Assembly: GCA_963707985.1 (NCBI GenBank)
Contig: CAVPRW010000035.1
Location: 64,001 to 128,000 of the forward strand
Length of the DNA stretch: 64,000 nt
From: an uncultured Nitrospinota bacterium
GTDB taxonomy: Bacteria; Tectomicrobia; Entotheonellia; J063; CAVPRW01
Direction of reading: 5' to 3'
This document shows, in pieces, positions 20,075 through 35,363 of this stretch. The first letter of the stretch is position 1. Each line of letters opens with the position of its first letter. The translations under genes were made by a program, and so were the position numbers. The notes beneath the pieces are model-generated. The model had not been told where the DNA came from and did not search any database. It was given only the letters and a program-made list of their open reading frames with translations.

Positions 20075-22745
20075 CTACTCGCCGGTGCGCATGAGGGCGT
20101 TGTCGAAGTACATGAGCAGTGCCGGGTCTTCCTGAATCACCGCATCCGGGACTCGCTTGGCCATCTGCACGATGGTCGTGTAGTCCTGCTTCTGCCAGCA
20201 TTCCTTGAAGCCAGCCCGCAGCGCCTCGGTGCGGACCACTTTGAGCTTGCCCTTTGAATCGAGGTACTGCTGGAACTCTTTCATCAACGCCCGGTGACGA
20301 AGTTGCTCAAGATCGCTTTCCTTTCTTGGATCAGGAACTCGCCATCTACCGTCGCCATCCTCAACGAAGTTCTGTTCGAGTATCGTCTGAAGCTCCAGAG
20401 GCTTTTCGTACTTCTCCCACACTCGCTGCGCTTCGCTCATGTACAGAGGTTGCAAGTCCTTGTACTTCTGCGCCTTTTCGGACAATTCACGACGTACCCA
20501 TTGAATAGCCCCTTTCTCATCGCTAATGAAGAGTTCAAGTTGCTCGACTCCTTTCGCTTCGAGCCGCCCCCGATCATAGGTGCTTGCTTGTTCTGGCAGG
20601 AAGTACATCCCTTCTCTCTCTGGAAACTTCTGCTTAAGGCCGAGATAGAACTCGGATGCAGTCATTGGAACGGAAGAACCTCGTTGAACGTGGAATGCAA
20701 CCATGCGGTCGAACAACAGATGTTGCTGTCTCTCGGCGAGGATTTCAACCTTTTCTCCTTTGACACTGAAAACTGGTAAGTGCGTGAAGTGTTGACGAAT
20801 AAACTCCCAGGCCACGTCCTCCGAGCCTGCCTTCAGCCGAATATTCTCCTCCAGCGCAACGTCTGGCTTGTATGCGGAGATAATCAAGTCCTTTTGCACT
20901 GCGCCAGCAGCCGTTTGCTGCTTCATCGTAAGCTGCTTCTTGTCAAATACCCGAACATCTCCAACGACAAATCCCGCCTGCTCAAGAGCGATCTGAATCG
21001 ACATCCACACCGCATTGTGCGAATTATGGAATTCGACCGTCATCCACCGACCGGGCTTCAAAACCCGATACGCTTCTTGGAAGGCGGAAGACATCAGGTC
21101 GTGGTACTCTGAAAGGCCCTTATTCTGGCTCTTGCTGACGATGGCTTCGGAAGACTGATTGGTGAATACACCAAACCATGCTTCCCACATGAAATTTAGT
21201 TCTGAGTAAACGATATTTCCGCCGAAGGGCGGATCGGTGAAGATGTAATCGACAGACTCATCAGAAAGAAGTAGCTGGGTGGCTGAGGAGGTCGAAATTG
21301 CCACCGGGGAATTGCCACTTCGACTTCGGCTCATCTTTGCAATCTTGCCTTTCAAGGCATACCACGGCGCTACTTCAGAACGAACCTGCGCAATGTACAA
21401 GAATCCTTTCAGGTAGCGATTGACCTGCGAGTAACTGCTAGCGAAGTATCGGTTGAGCCGGGTATGTCCGACACCAACCGACTGTAGCCACCATCGCAAG
21501 CGTGGCTGAAGGTCTGCGGGAGCCTTGTTGACTCTCCATTGTAGCCAAGCAACTGCACGAAGCGAACGTCGGTAGTAGAACTGATGAAAGTGTGTGATTC
21601 CAAGATGGTATCCCGCCCTGTGCATATCTCCCCACGATGCGTTGTCGGTGTGCATCATCCGTACCAAGGGGACCGGATGCGGAATAGGCTCTTTGACAAT
21701 TCGGTCGAGAATCTCCATGTCGGCTTTGTCGGGTTCCTTCCGCCTGACTTCTTTGCCTACTCGATAAACCACGAGCGCCAACGTCTCCTTCTGTTTTGTG
21801 GCTGTGGCCTGAAGGAGATCATCAAAATAAGTCTCTTTGACTCGGCTGTAATTGTCACGATTGTTTACCGAGCCGCACGACGGACACTTCATGTCCTTAT
21901 CAGCGCTCTTGTGACCCGTCTCTTCATCAACGCCTTCATCCCAAAAAACGATTTGATGTCCACAATCGGGACAGGCGAATACATCAGACCACACATAGTA
22001 GTCTACGGGTGCGGGTTTCTTTGAGGCTGAGTCACGGGTCGTGAACATCCAGCCGCACTCTTCTTGAAACTCACCCAGGATGAGGTTGCATTCACGTTCA
22101 AACGCCACTTCGTCGCACCCAGCGTTGTAGTTCGCAGCGATGTGTGTTGCTGCGGGGGCGAGATCAACCAGAAACGCAAGCCGCTCTCCCACTTGATGCT
22201 TCGGCAATGTCGGAGAGAGTTCACGGACGAAAGCGGGGTCAGCGCAGGCTTGTAGCGCCAGTCCCATCATCCCTGTTCCACAGAAAAGATCGAGAACCAC
22301 ATCCCCTGGTTGCGTGTAGTGCAGAAGAAACCGTGCGATGGCCCGGTAGGGAACCTTAGTATGGTAAGTGTGGACGTTGTAGAAATGTTCTCCCTTTCCT
22401 TCGGTGATGTCCGCAGCAAAAGGAGGCAGAGTTGCTACGGCATTTGTCCGAGAGCGGCCAATGTGTGTCTTGGTCCATACCGAAAGCACTTCCTCAAGAA
22501 ACGGATTCGGGCAGGCCGTGTAATACGGTGGGTCGGACATCGCCAGAATGTCCTCGTCCTCGCCGATGGGGAAGCCTTCGATCTTGCGAAACGCCGGGTC
22601 TTTCAGCTTCTCACGCAGCTTCTCCGTGAAGTACGTCGCGCCGTGCCTCGTCGTTCGGGAACGTCATCCCCAGGCACTCGACCGACCCTTGGGTGGCCAT
22701 GTCATTCTCGGCTTCAAACAGGTCTTGCTTCGTTTTCTTCGCCAT
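20075..22745 (-). CDS. pglXI: BREX type III DNA methyltransferase PglXI (N-terminal frameshift)
   Basis: SDPPYYTACPNPF, HTYHTKVP, motif I DLFCGTG, CPDC/CPSC Zn ribbon, motif IV TDPPF, C-terminal RTEALRAGF. Confidence 0.9.
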
Positions 22746-22766
22746 ATCGAGTATGCCTTTACTGGG

Positions 22767-25700
22767 TTAGCCTTCCAGGAGAATCTTCTTGCGTGCGATC
22801 CGCTCGATCTCGGCGGCGTCGATGCTGCCGTCAGCGCCGTCCTCGGACGTGATGACCCGGTCGAGATAGCCGTTGTCCTCGTACCACTGCCGCTTGCGGT
22901 CCCACGCTTCCCGGTACGACGGGACCGACAGCATCCCCAGGTGTTCCCAATAGAACGTGTCGCCCTCGTAGCTCACCGTGAAGTCCGGCAGCTTGAAGTC
23001 GTTCGGGTCGTCCTTGGACGCGAGCTTCTGCTCGTACTCGTAGCTGATGCCCAGGCTCGTCAGCATGTCGGCGACGATGACCTCGGACTTCGAGCGGACC
23101 ATGATCCCTCGGTGTGCGAGCGGGTGCGGTGGATCAGGTGTGCGGCGTAGTAGCGGTCCACCGATTCGGGCCGCACGGCCAGCACGAACATATTCGTGTT
23201 CCGCAGCAGCGTGTCGGAACACTGCGGGTTGCGGAGCTTTTCCAGAACCGTCGTGTCCCGCTCGATCAGCAGCACCATCTTCTGCCGGAAGCGGGTCAGG
23301 CCGGTGTACAGCAACTCCCGTGAAAGCGTCGAGGCGTTCTTGGGCAGGATCAGGAACACGATGTCGAAGTCGCTGCCCTGCGACTTGTGGACCGTCAGGG
23401 CGTAGGCCAGTTCCAGTTCGCCATCGACATTGGGCCGAGGGTAGTAGTAGGACGACAACGGCTGCGTCGAGAACTGGACCTTCATCGAGTCGGCCCTGTC
23501 GCCTTTCCCTTCGGAGGTCTGCACCACGAGGCCGATCTCGCCGTTGGCGACGTAATCCAAGCCCCTTGCCCTTCGGGATAGGACGTCTTCCGGCAGTTGA
23601 TCGCCTGCATCACCTTGTCGGTCCAGACGATCTCCTGCTCGCCGAACGGCTTGATGCCCTTCCGCTTCGAGTGGTTGAGCATCCCGCCCCGGTACTTCGC
23701 CTGAATCTTGCGGTTGATCTCGGTCGTGCCGAACTCATGGTTGCGCACCGGGCTGAGAATTTGCCAACGCTCGGCCAGCACCGGGTCGTTGTGCTTCGAG
23801 TCGTCAGCGAGTCCGAGGCTGGCGTTGAACGGAATGTACGCCTTCTTGTCGTCGGTCAGCTTCAGGTGCTTCTTCATCGCGGCGGCAAGCTGTTGCTCCA
23901 GTTGGCTGCCGTCCCGCCAGTAGCGGACCTCCAGATCGCCGCCGACGTCCTCACGGGCGACACGGGAGAGCATGTCGTCGTCGCCGGGCGACGTGTCGTC
24001 GCGCAGGTAGCCGTCCGCCAACTGCAGGGCCTGGCTGTCGTGGTCTTCGTGTCTGGCCCGCTCCATCAGCCGGGCCAAGCACTTCTTTCGCTCGTCGTCG
24101 GCTTCGAGCCAAGCGATGATGTCCACGAACGGGCGACCGGGACCGATGGGCGGCAACTGGTTCGGGTCGCCGACCAGGATCAGGCGATTCACCTTGTTCA
24201 AGTCCAAGCGCCCGGAACAGCACGCCGAGCAGGTCCATCGGGATCATCGACGCTTCGTCGATGATGACGGTCGGTGCGCCGTGCTGATCGCCGCCCTGGA
24301 GCTTGAGGGCGAAGTTCTCCGGGTTGAGCCATTTGTGCCGCATCAAGAACTGGTGGATCGTGTAGGCGTCCCGCACGCTGCCGTCGTCCCGCTTGGTGCG
24401 GTCCATCAGCCGCACACGGGCCTTGCCGGTCGGAGCCAGGAGCAGGATGGGCCGCTTGCCTTCGAGTTCTTCCAGCCCGTTGAGGAAGACCTTCAGCACC
24501 GAGGTCTTGCCGGTCCCGGCCCGACCGCACAGCACGCTGAAGCGGCCTTCGTAGAGCTTGGCCAGCGCCTCGGCCTTTTCCTTCCTGGCCCGTTCTTCGA
24601 CTTCGGGCGGCAGCTTGGAGCCGCTTCTTGCCGAACTCATCCAGCAGCAGCTTCTCCCAACTCCACCCGGCCTTGGGCGGCGAGTTCTTGGCCTTCGTGC
24701 GCCGGGGCAGGCGGTTGCTGACTTCCCGCTCCAGTTCGGAGAGCCACTTCAGCGCCATCGTCGGCGGATCGCCGTCCACCCGGAAGTCGAGCGCTTCCTG
24801 GTAGAAGCTGGCTTGGCCCAGCACCAAGTCCCGATCAGGCCGACAGGCCCGGCGCTCCGGGAACCGCTTCGTGATGCGGTTGACGGTTTCAGCGAAGGGG
24901 AGCAGCGTGTCGCCGTTTTGGGCCGCACCTTGCAGCACGGCGACGGCCACGCCACGGACCCGGCGGGGATCGTCCTGGGCGCAGATGTCGTCCTTGTCGA
25001 TGAAAGCGGGCGGCAGCGCCTTCGGGCCGCATTCCCCGGTCGATGGTTTCGAGGGCGATCAGGTCCGATACGCCGTCGCCCTGGTCCATCTCCGAGAGCA
25101 GGTAGGGATTGGCGACCAGTTGCTCGTCGGTGGCGCTGATGCCACAACCCGATCGCTTGTCCGGGTTGGCGACCCGCTCCACCTGCGCCGGCGACAACTC
25201 AAAGCGGACCAGCAGCGAGAGCAGCTGGCGGCGTGGCTCCTTGTACGCCGTCCAGCGTTCACCGGCCTGCTTGAGCGCCTTGGCGTACTGCTTCTGCTCG
25301 CACTTGCGGCGACCTTCGAGGATGGCCAGGACATATTCCCAGGCGTTGTCGCCCTTGTTGAGCAACGGCAGCAAGACTTGTCGCTGGAAGGCCGTGCCGG
25401 ACTCACAGCCGAGGTACTGCAGCACACTGCCGATGCCGGGGAATGGGCCACGGTTTTGCCAGACTTCGGAGAGCACGTCGTTGAGCCAGACGAGATGCCG
25501 ATCCCAATCGCCGGGGACTTTGTCCTCGTCCTTGACCGCCTGGACTGATTGCAGCAGCCGCTCCAGCGCCCCCACCGCCATGTCGTCGCCGAGATGCTCG
25601 CCGACGTAGGAGAAGTTCAGCATCGCCCCTTCGGGGACGAGGCAGAGGATGTTCTTCGGGTCGTGACCGGCCTTGAGGTATTCGTGATAGGGGAGCCGGA

Positions 25701-26358
25701 AGCCCTGGTTCTCGAAGTCGTGCGTGATGCAGCGGGACCAGATCGGGTACTGGTCCGGGTACTTCGGCAGTTTGGTCCCGAAGAAGAGCTGCGGGCCGAT
25801 CTGCGAGATGCGGCTGACGCCCAGCAGAATGCGGTTCAGGCTTTCATCGAGCGGGTTGCCGTGGTTGCAGTAGAAGAAGATGAGCGACTTGTCCTTCTCC
25901 AGCTTGCCCCAAAAGTTGCGCAGCAGTGCGATCTGCCGGTCGGGTTCAAAGACCCAGCCGAACTCCTTGTCCTTCGTGTCCGACGTCCCGGATGTCGAGC
26001 TTTTCGTCCTCGCAGATGATGCGGAAGTTTTCCTCTCGCATCCAGCGGTACGGCGAGGGGCAGACGGAGTACGGCGGGATGTCCTCGCGCACCGAGGGCA
26101 ACTGACGGAATTCGAGCGGGTCGTTGTGCGTGATCGTGTAGCCACGGGGCGAGAACGCAATCGGGTCACGGGAACATGGCGGCTGCCAGCCGTCGAGTTC
26201 GGCCAGCGGCAGGCCCGCCGCCTCATCCTCGCGGTCGTCGTCTCGACCGTCCCGGATGTGCTGCTGCACGATGCAATAGGCGTTCTTGCTGGGGTGGTCG
26301 CAGATGTGACCATCCCAGGCCCGGTCGTGCCAAACCAGGCGTGTGGACAGGTGCGTGG

Positions 26359-26362
<4 letters not shown>
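22767..26362 (-). CDS. ~1200-aa RecD-like SF1B helicase with N-terminal Cys/Trp-rich domain and C-terminal Vsr/PD-(D/E)XK-like nuclease (frameshifted)
   Basis: GRAGTGKT, IIDEASM, LVGDPNQLPPIG, AYALTVHKSQGS, LYTGLTR; C-terminal RSKSEVIVAD…PDFT…YWEHLGM; GTG start overlaps the brxC stop. Confidence 0.85.
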
Positions 26363-30078
<3,716 letters not shown>

Positions 30079-30095
30079 GGCGACGTTGATCTCCT

Positions 30096-30575
30096 TCAGA
30101 TTGTTCGACCGATGCCGACCGGTGATGACGACGGCTTCGATCTGCTTGAACTGAACGAACTCAGGATGGCCAGGCTCGGCGTAGGTCAGGGTTCCATCCC
30201 GGAAGCTGCCGTTCCACGAGGCGACGAAGGTGCGGTTGCGGCTCGACACCTGGAGCAGACGCAGCGGTTCGACCTCCAGGCTCGGGTCGAACAGAATCTC
30301 CAGGTTGTCCAGCAGCACCACGTCGCCGGGTCGGCGGCGATCACTTCCTTAAGCAGTCGCTCGACCTGTCGCGACCGCTGGGTGCGGGTCAGTTCGAGCA
30401 TCCTCTTACTGAGCTCGAGATTGACGTTCAGCAGAGGAAAGCCGTTCTCCTGCGCCACGGATTGCAGCACGGCCGTTTTACCCGAACCGGATGGAGCCAC
30501 GAGAAGGACGAGTCGGAAATACTGGCCCGCGGCCTGACGAATGGCTTCTTGCAGGTTTGTCGCCTGACTCGGCAT
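30096..30575 (-). CDS. brxF: BREX type III P-loop protein BrxF (frameshifted)
   Basis: [35 protein letters not shown]…[13 protein letters not shown]. Confidence 0.88.
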
Positions 30576-30759
30576 GAAATCCACCCCCTGAGCCATCGAT
30601 TGAAAGAGCGTGCCACTGCGCAGCTGCCAAGCAGCCTGTTGACATCGCGCTGTCGGTCGGCCTACGTTGTGTCGGTACGGATTGTGGACCTACGCGGGTC
30701 GGTCAGCCGAACCGCTCCAGCCGAAAGGCTTTCCTGTGCCCCTTGAAAGAAGTGTTTTG

Positions 30760-30788
30760 TTGACTGTAAACTGCAATCAGTGTACGAT
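30760..30788 (+). promoter_or_regulatory. Sigma70-type promoter of the XRE gene, overlapped by an imperfect palindrome
   Basis: TTGACT-N17-TACGAT; TGACTGTA-aac-TGCAATCA inverted repeat. Confidence 0.55.
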
Positions 30789-30794
30789 CTTCCT

Positions 30795-31157
30795 ATGAAA
30801 TACACAAGCAGGAAACCGCTCATGCCATTCGGGCAAACGATTCGAACACTCCGCAAGGCCAAGAACCTGACATTGCGTGACCTGGCCTCGAAGGTCAAGG
30901 TGACGTTCACCTATCTTTCAAAGATCGAAAACGAGAAGCTCGATTTTGGCGACTACCCCAGCGAAGCGGTCATCCGAAAGCTCGCCCAAGCCCTCGATGC
31001 CGACCAAGACGAGCTGCTGCTTTTGGCCGGGAAAATTCCCGACGCCATCAGAAAGCGAGTACTCCAACGACCCGATGTCTTTCGCAAGCTCGCAAAGCTG
31101 GATGATGAGAGGCTGGATCGGGTGCTGGCTGTTCTGGATGATGAGGTCACCAACTGA
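30795..31157 (+). CDS. XRE-family HTH transcriptional regulator divergent from the BREX operon
   Basis: FGQTIRTLRKAKNLTLRDLA…TYLSKIEN…PSEAVIRKLAQAL; alternative start at 30822. Confidence 0.88.
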   Translation: MKYTSRKPLMPFGQTIRTLRKAKNLTLRDLASKVKVTFTYLSKIENEKLDFGDYPSEAVIRKLAQALDADQDELLLLAGKIPDAIRKRVLQRPDVFRKLAKLDDERLDRVLAVLDDEVTN

Positions 31158-31456
31158 TGACGCTGAACCGCGGGTGCCTCTCGGACAACTGGCAATGAGT
31201 CATCACGAGCATATCGCAAGCCAGCTTTGGGGGGTGGATTGCCAGCTTTCTCGTCCATCAACGGTAGAAGACTGCTCCGAATGCCCGATGGAGCGCTGTG
31301 CGTCGGGCAACTTGGCCCCATTCTCCAGCGCGGTGGCGCGGATCCATTAGGCGTTCTCAGGATGAAGAGTCAGCCCATCCCGCTTAACCCCTTTCGAGTC
31401 ACTCGCCATAGGTGAGCAACCGATTCATTGATCCGGCGCAGCGTGGCCAGGTCATG

Positions 31457-31815
31457 GAAAAAGCAGAAAAAAAAACAGCCAGAAAAAAAATAGGAGGAGA
31501 AAGAAGAGAAAAAAATGAGAAAGAGGGGAATGAGGGAAGGAAAAAAAAAAGAAGAAAGAAAGAAAAAAAAAAAGAAATAAGGAAAAAAGAAAAAATAAAA
31601 AAAAAAAAAAAAAAATAATAAGAATGAAGATAAAGAAAATAGAAAATATAGATGCGACGAATGAAGAAAATGAAAAAAGAAAATGGGAAATGAAGGAAGA
31701 AGAAGGATAGAGATGAAAGATAAAATTAAGAGAAAAGAGGAAAGAAAGATAAAAAAGGAGAAAAAGGAATAAAGGGAGAAAGAGGAAAAAAAAAAAAAAA
31801 TAAAAATAAAAATGA
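31457..31815. other. A/G-rich low-complexity tract, probable sequencing/assembly artefact
   Basis: ~360 nt of almost pure purine with long A runs inside high-GC DNA; no regular repeat unit. Confidence 0.75.
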
Positions 31816-32029
31816 TGGGGGGCATCGCTGTTTTCGGTGAGACGTGAACGCGGCGTCTCCGCCGCCCATGTGCCTCGACTGAGCCCCCCAAGGCGCATGG
31901 CCTTGCGGAGTCGCTGCGGTGGGAAGCCGCTTTAGGCGGGAATCGATCGATCCGGACGCGACGGTGTGCTCCTTCTTAGCCGTCGGTCCCAGACCTGTTG
32001 TATCTGTCACGACGTGCTTGCCATGCGTC

Positions 32030-33106
32030 TCATGCCACCGCCTCGCGCCGCGTCGGCGGCCGAAACTCCGGCATCACGCGCTCGGCGAAGAGCCTCAAGC
32101 TTTGCATCGTCTTCTCGTGCCCGTAATAGGGCGGATAATGGAGCAGGAGCGAGGTCAGCCTGGTTTGGTCGCGGAGCGCCTGGAGCTTGGCGATCACTGT
32201 CTCGGGTGAGCCGTGCACGAGCGTCGTGGCGGCGAGGGTGTCGTAGTTCAGAGTGTCGACGCGGCTCTTCTCCGAGACGGTGCCGAGATACCCCGAGGTC
32301 GCCGAACTCATGAAGTGGCTAATGTGACGCACGATGCCCGCTTCGGTGTCGCGCTTGGCCGCCGCATCGGTCTCCGCCACGTAGACCCAGCGCGCCACGT
32401 CGACCTTGCCGCACGCCGGATTCCGGTCGAGGGGCGGCGGGGCCTCTTTGATGTGCTCCCGGTAGAAGTCGACCTGCCGCGCCAGCGTCTCGACCGATGG
32501 TAGGGTGGAGAGCATGAGACCGAAGCCGTGCCGCGCTGCATACGCCATCGAGCGCTCCGTGCCGGCAGCCATGAAGAGCGGCGGGTGAGGCTGCTGGACG
32601 CTGACGGGGAAGAGTTCGTACTCGCCTTCGATCGTTGAACGGAAGTACGTCCCCTGATGCGTGACGCGACGCGTGTGCAAGAGCTCGAGGATGAGCTCGA
32701 TCGCCTCTTCCTGCGTGTCGTGACGGGCTTCGAACTGGCGCCCGAAGCCAGCGAACTCGTACGGCCGGTAGCCCGAACCCAGCCCGATCATGACGCGCCC
32801 ACCCGATAGGATGTCGACGAAGGCCATATTTTCAACCACGCGCACGGGCTCGTAGAGCGGCACCGTCACCACCGCGGTGCCGAGCCGGATGCGTGAGGTC
32901 TTGGCGGCCAGGTAGCCCAGGTACGTGAACACGTCGGGCATGATGCCGTACTGGTTCGAGAAGTGATGCTCGGCGACCCAAGCCGTGTCGTAGCCGAGCG
33001 CGTCCGCCGCCTGAATCTCCGCCGTCACCCGGGCGTGGACGTCCCGGTGCGGGTAGGGCTCGCGGGCGTGGTCAGGGTGCGACGTGAACAGGATGCCGAA
33101 TTCCAT
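32030..33106 (-). CDS. LLM-class (luciferase-like) flavin-dependent oxidoreductase
   Basis: GYDTAWVAEHHF, TSRIRLGTAV, DILSGGRVMIGLGSGY, GSPETV. Confidence 0.92.
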   Translation of the reverse strand: MEFGILFTSHPDHAREPYPHRDVHARVTAEIQAADALGYDTAWVAEHHFSNQYGIMPDVFTYLGYLAAKTSRIRLGTAVVTVPLYEPVRVVENMAFVDILSGGRVMIGLGSGYRPYEFAGFGRQFEARHDTQEEAIELILELLHTRRVTHQGTYFRSTIEGEYELFPVSVQQPHPPLFMAAGTERSMAYAARHGFGLMLSTLPSVETLARQVDFYREHIKEAPPPLDRNPACGKVDVARWVYVAETDAAAKRDTEAGIVRHISHFMSSATSGYLGTVSEKSRVDTLNYDTLAATTLVHGSPETVIAKLQALRDQTRLTSLLLHYPPYYGHEKTMQSLRLFAERVMPEFRPPTRREAVA

Positions 33107-33365
33107 GCCGTCTCCTCTCTGCGGCGCTTGTCAGACGCCGGCCCTTTGCCAACACTCTCGCGTCACGTTCACTGTGAGGCGGCGGAACGTGCGGGCCGGT
33201 CGGGACGACCTCCGCGACCTTTGCCTATCGTTACAGGATGCGTGGGGCTCTGGGCCGTCGTCTGCACGACCGCGTTGCCCGGGCGTTGTGGCCTGCATCA
33301 ACTGCGTCAGCATCTCCTTGACGCCTGTGGGTCATGAAGCCGGCTCACGCATGAGGACCCCTCGT

Positions 33366-33880
33366 CTATGGTGCGCGTGAGGGCTGGGTCAGAATCGCCA
33401 CGCATTGCTGCACTGCCGACGCGGCTTTGGCGCGCAACTCCGCGTCATCGTTGTGACTGATCGGATGCGGAATCACCGCGAACGGGAGGCCGGGCGTGCC
33501 CGATACGTGGGCCATCGCCTGTGCGGTCGGCACGAACCGATCGGTGATGATCGCGGTCGCCGCAATCCCCGTGTTCTCGACCACGATGGCATCGTGCATA
33601 CTGCACGACGAGCAGCTGCCTCAATCACCCACGGCGGAGATGACGGCCGTCGCATGACGCCAGAGCGGCGATGACCTCGGCGGGCGCCGGCCGCGTGAAA
33701 TCAGGTTTCTTGAGACGAAGGACGTGAGCGACGCCATACTGGGAGCGCAGCATCTCCTCCACATGGTCGAGCAGCTCCCGGACACGGATCTTCCCGTTGT
33801 CTAAGAGCCCAATCGTCGCACCGGCTGGCGACGGCAGCGCTGGGCGTGACATTCACCGGTGGATCGAGCACGCGAGGCAT
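33366..33880 (-). CDS. UGSC-family selenoprotein, copy 1 (Sec codon 33621-33623; frameshifts upstream)
   Basis: IGLLDNGK…CDAVISAVGD-UGA-GSCSSCSMHDA…PHPIS; SECIS-like hairpin follows the UGA. Confidence 0.8.
33590..33610 (-). promoter_or_regulatory. Bacterial SECIS-like hairpin
   Basis: CGUCGUGCA-GUA-UGCACGAUG starting 11 nt after the UGA; loop starts with G. Confidence 0.7.
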
Positions 33881-33881
33881 G

Positions 33882-34942
33882 TCACCTTTCAGTGGCGGAC
33901 TCAATCGCCTGCGTGACGGCTTGCGCCTTGGACCAGACCGGGGGGATCGGCCCGAACCCGCCCGCGGACCGCCGGCGGCCACACTAACAAGTCACCGGCG
34001 ACGCAGGCCGTGAATTCCTGGTCGGGCCACGACCATGCACGATATCGGCCTTGCCGACCGTGGCCCAGTCGCGCCGGAAGACCCGGGCGGAGCGGTAGAT
34101 GTACGCGGACGCAGACTTCTGCCAGCCTGCGGCTACAGATCTCGCAATTGCTTCGGAATGACCAGCGCGTAGCTCCCGGACCAGACGGAATACGTCAGCA
34201 TGTTGTGTCGCATGTCCGCTGCAAAGGTCTCCAGAATGTCCTCCGGCGCGTCGGTCCATTCATTCATCACCTGCCGTGGCGCTTCACACGCCAGGACGGT
34301 CACCGCCGAGCGGCCGGCTGGCACGCCGCGCTCCTGTGCGAGCGGGATCCACGGGCTATCGTCTTCATCTTCCGCCAGGCAAAACGTGAATTTGCCCGGA
34401 TGGCCGAGCGTCGAACGGTCGACCTGTCCCGGAACGTACCCCAGCACGTTGATGAAGACCAACCGCACCGCCCGTCCGATCGTGGCATTGGCCCGGTTGC
34501 CTTGGCCCAAGGCGTTATGGGTCGCGTTCATGCCGATGGCCGTGCGCACGGGACCATTGACCACGATGAACGGCGCACTGCCCCCTGTACTGGCGCTGCT
34601 GCCGTGCAGATTAAAGCGCTCGTGGCACATGGCGCGCAGGATGGCCACCACGACCGGCAGATACATGGGCAGGCATCCCGCCATGACGGCGTTGATGGCG
34701 ACTTTCTCGGCCGTGATGGACCGCTGCTGCACCGGTTCGATCCCCACGAGATCTCCGGGTGACAGGTCGGCCGCCCGGAGGCAGGCGAGGACGCTCTCCT
34801 CGGTAGGTGCGACAATCGGTAGGCCATCCGTCCACCCACGTTGTTGATAGTATTCATTCACCTCGAGCGCGTCGGCCATCTCATAGGTGGTCGACCGCAG
34901 GGCGGATGCCAGCAGAGCCATCGGCGTCTCCTCGGTGTCCAT
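33882..34942 (-). CDS. UGSC-associated partner protein (GWTDGLP family), copy 1; C-terminal frameshifts
   Basis: GWTDGLPIVAPT, EKVAINAVMAGC, RANATIGRA, GHPGKFTFCLAE; directly upstream of the UGSC gene. Confidence 0.8.
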
Positions 34943-35363
34943 GACGATGCGTCTTGAACGTCTCTACACGGCTCTGGGGCTCGATCCGCCGCCGTGTCTG
35001 CCACATCCCGGCGCGACTGCCGGACCTGCGCTGATCATACCACCGTTTGGGGTCGAGTGCAGCCGCCCCGTTCGGGACGCCTGCCCACCGCGGCAGGTCA
35101 TGCTGGCAGGCGCCCATGCACCCCTGCTCGTGACCGTCACTCAGAGAAGAAGGTCGACGTACCGCCCCGACAGGCGTCAAGGATGTCTTCTCGAAGGTGA
35201 CCCTCGTGAGCATTTCTCCATGATGACCGGGAAGCCTCCAGGTCGTCTATCGTCTCACGCGCTCCTCACCACAAGTGCCCAAGCGCAAGGCTTCAGAGAT
35301 GAGTTCTTCGCAGCCCACGGAACACAGGCATGAAAATCGAACTTTCAAGGCAACTGCCTTCCC

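Noticed and set aside
31370..32010. Phe-rich and Lys/Glu-rich ORFs
   Set aside because: They are translations of the low-complexity purine tract, not credible proteins
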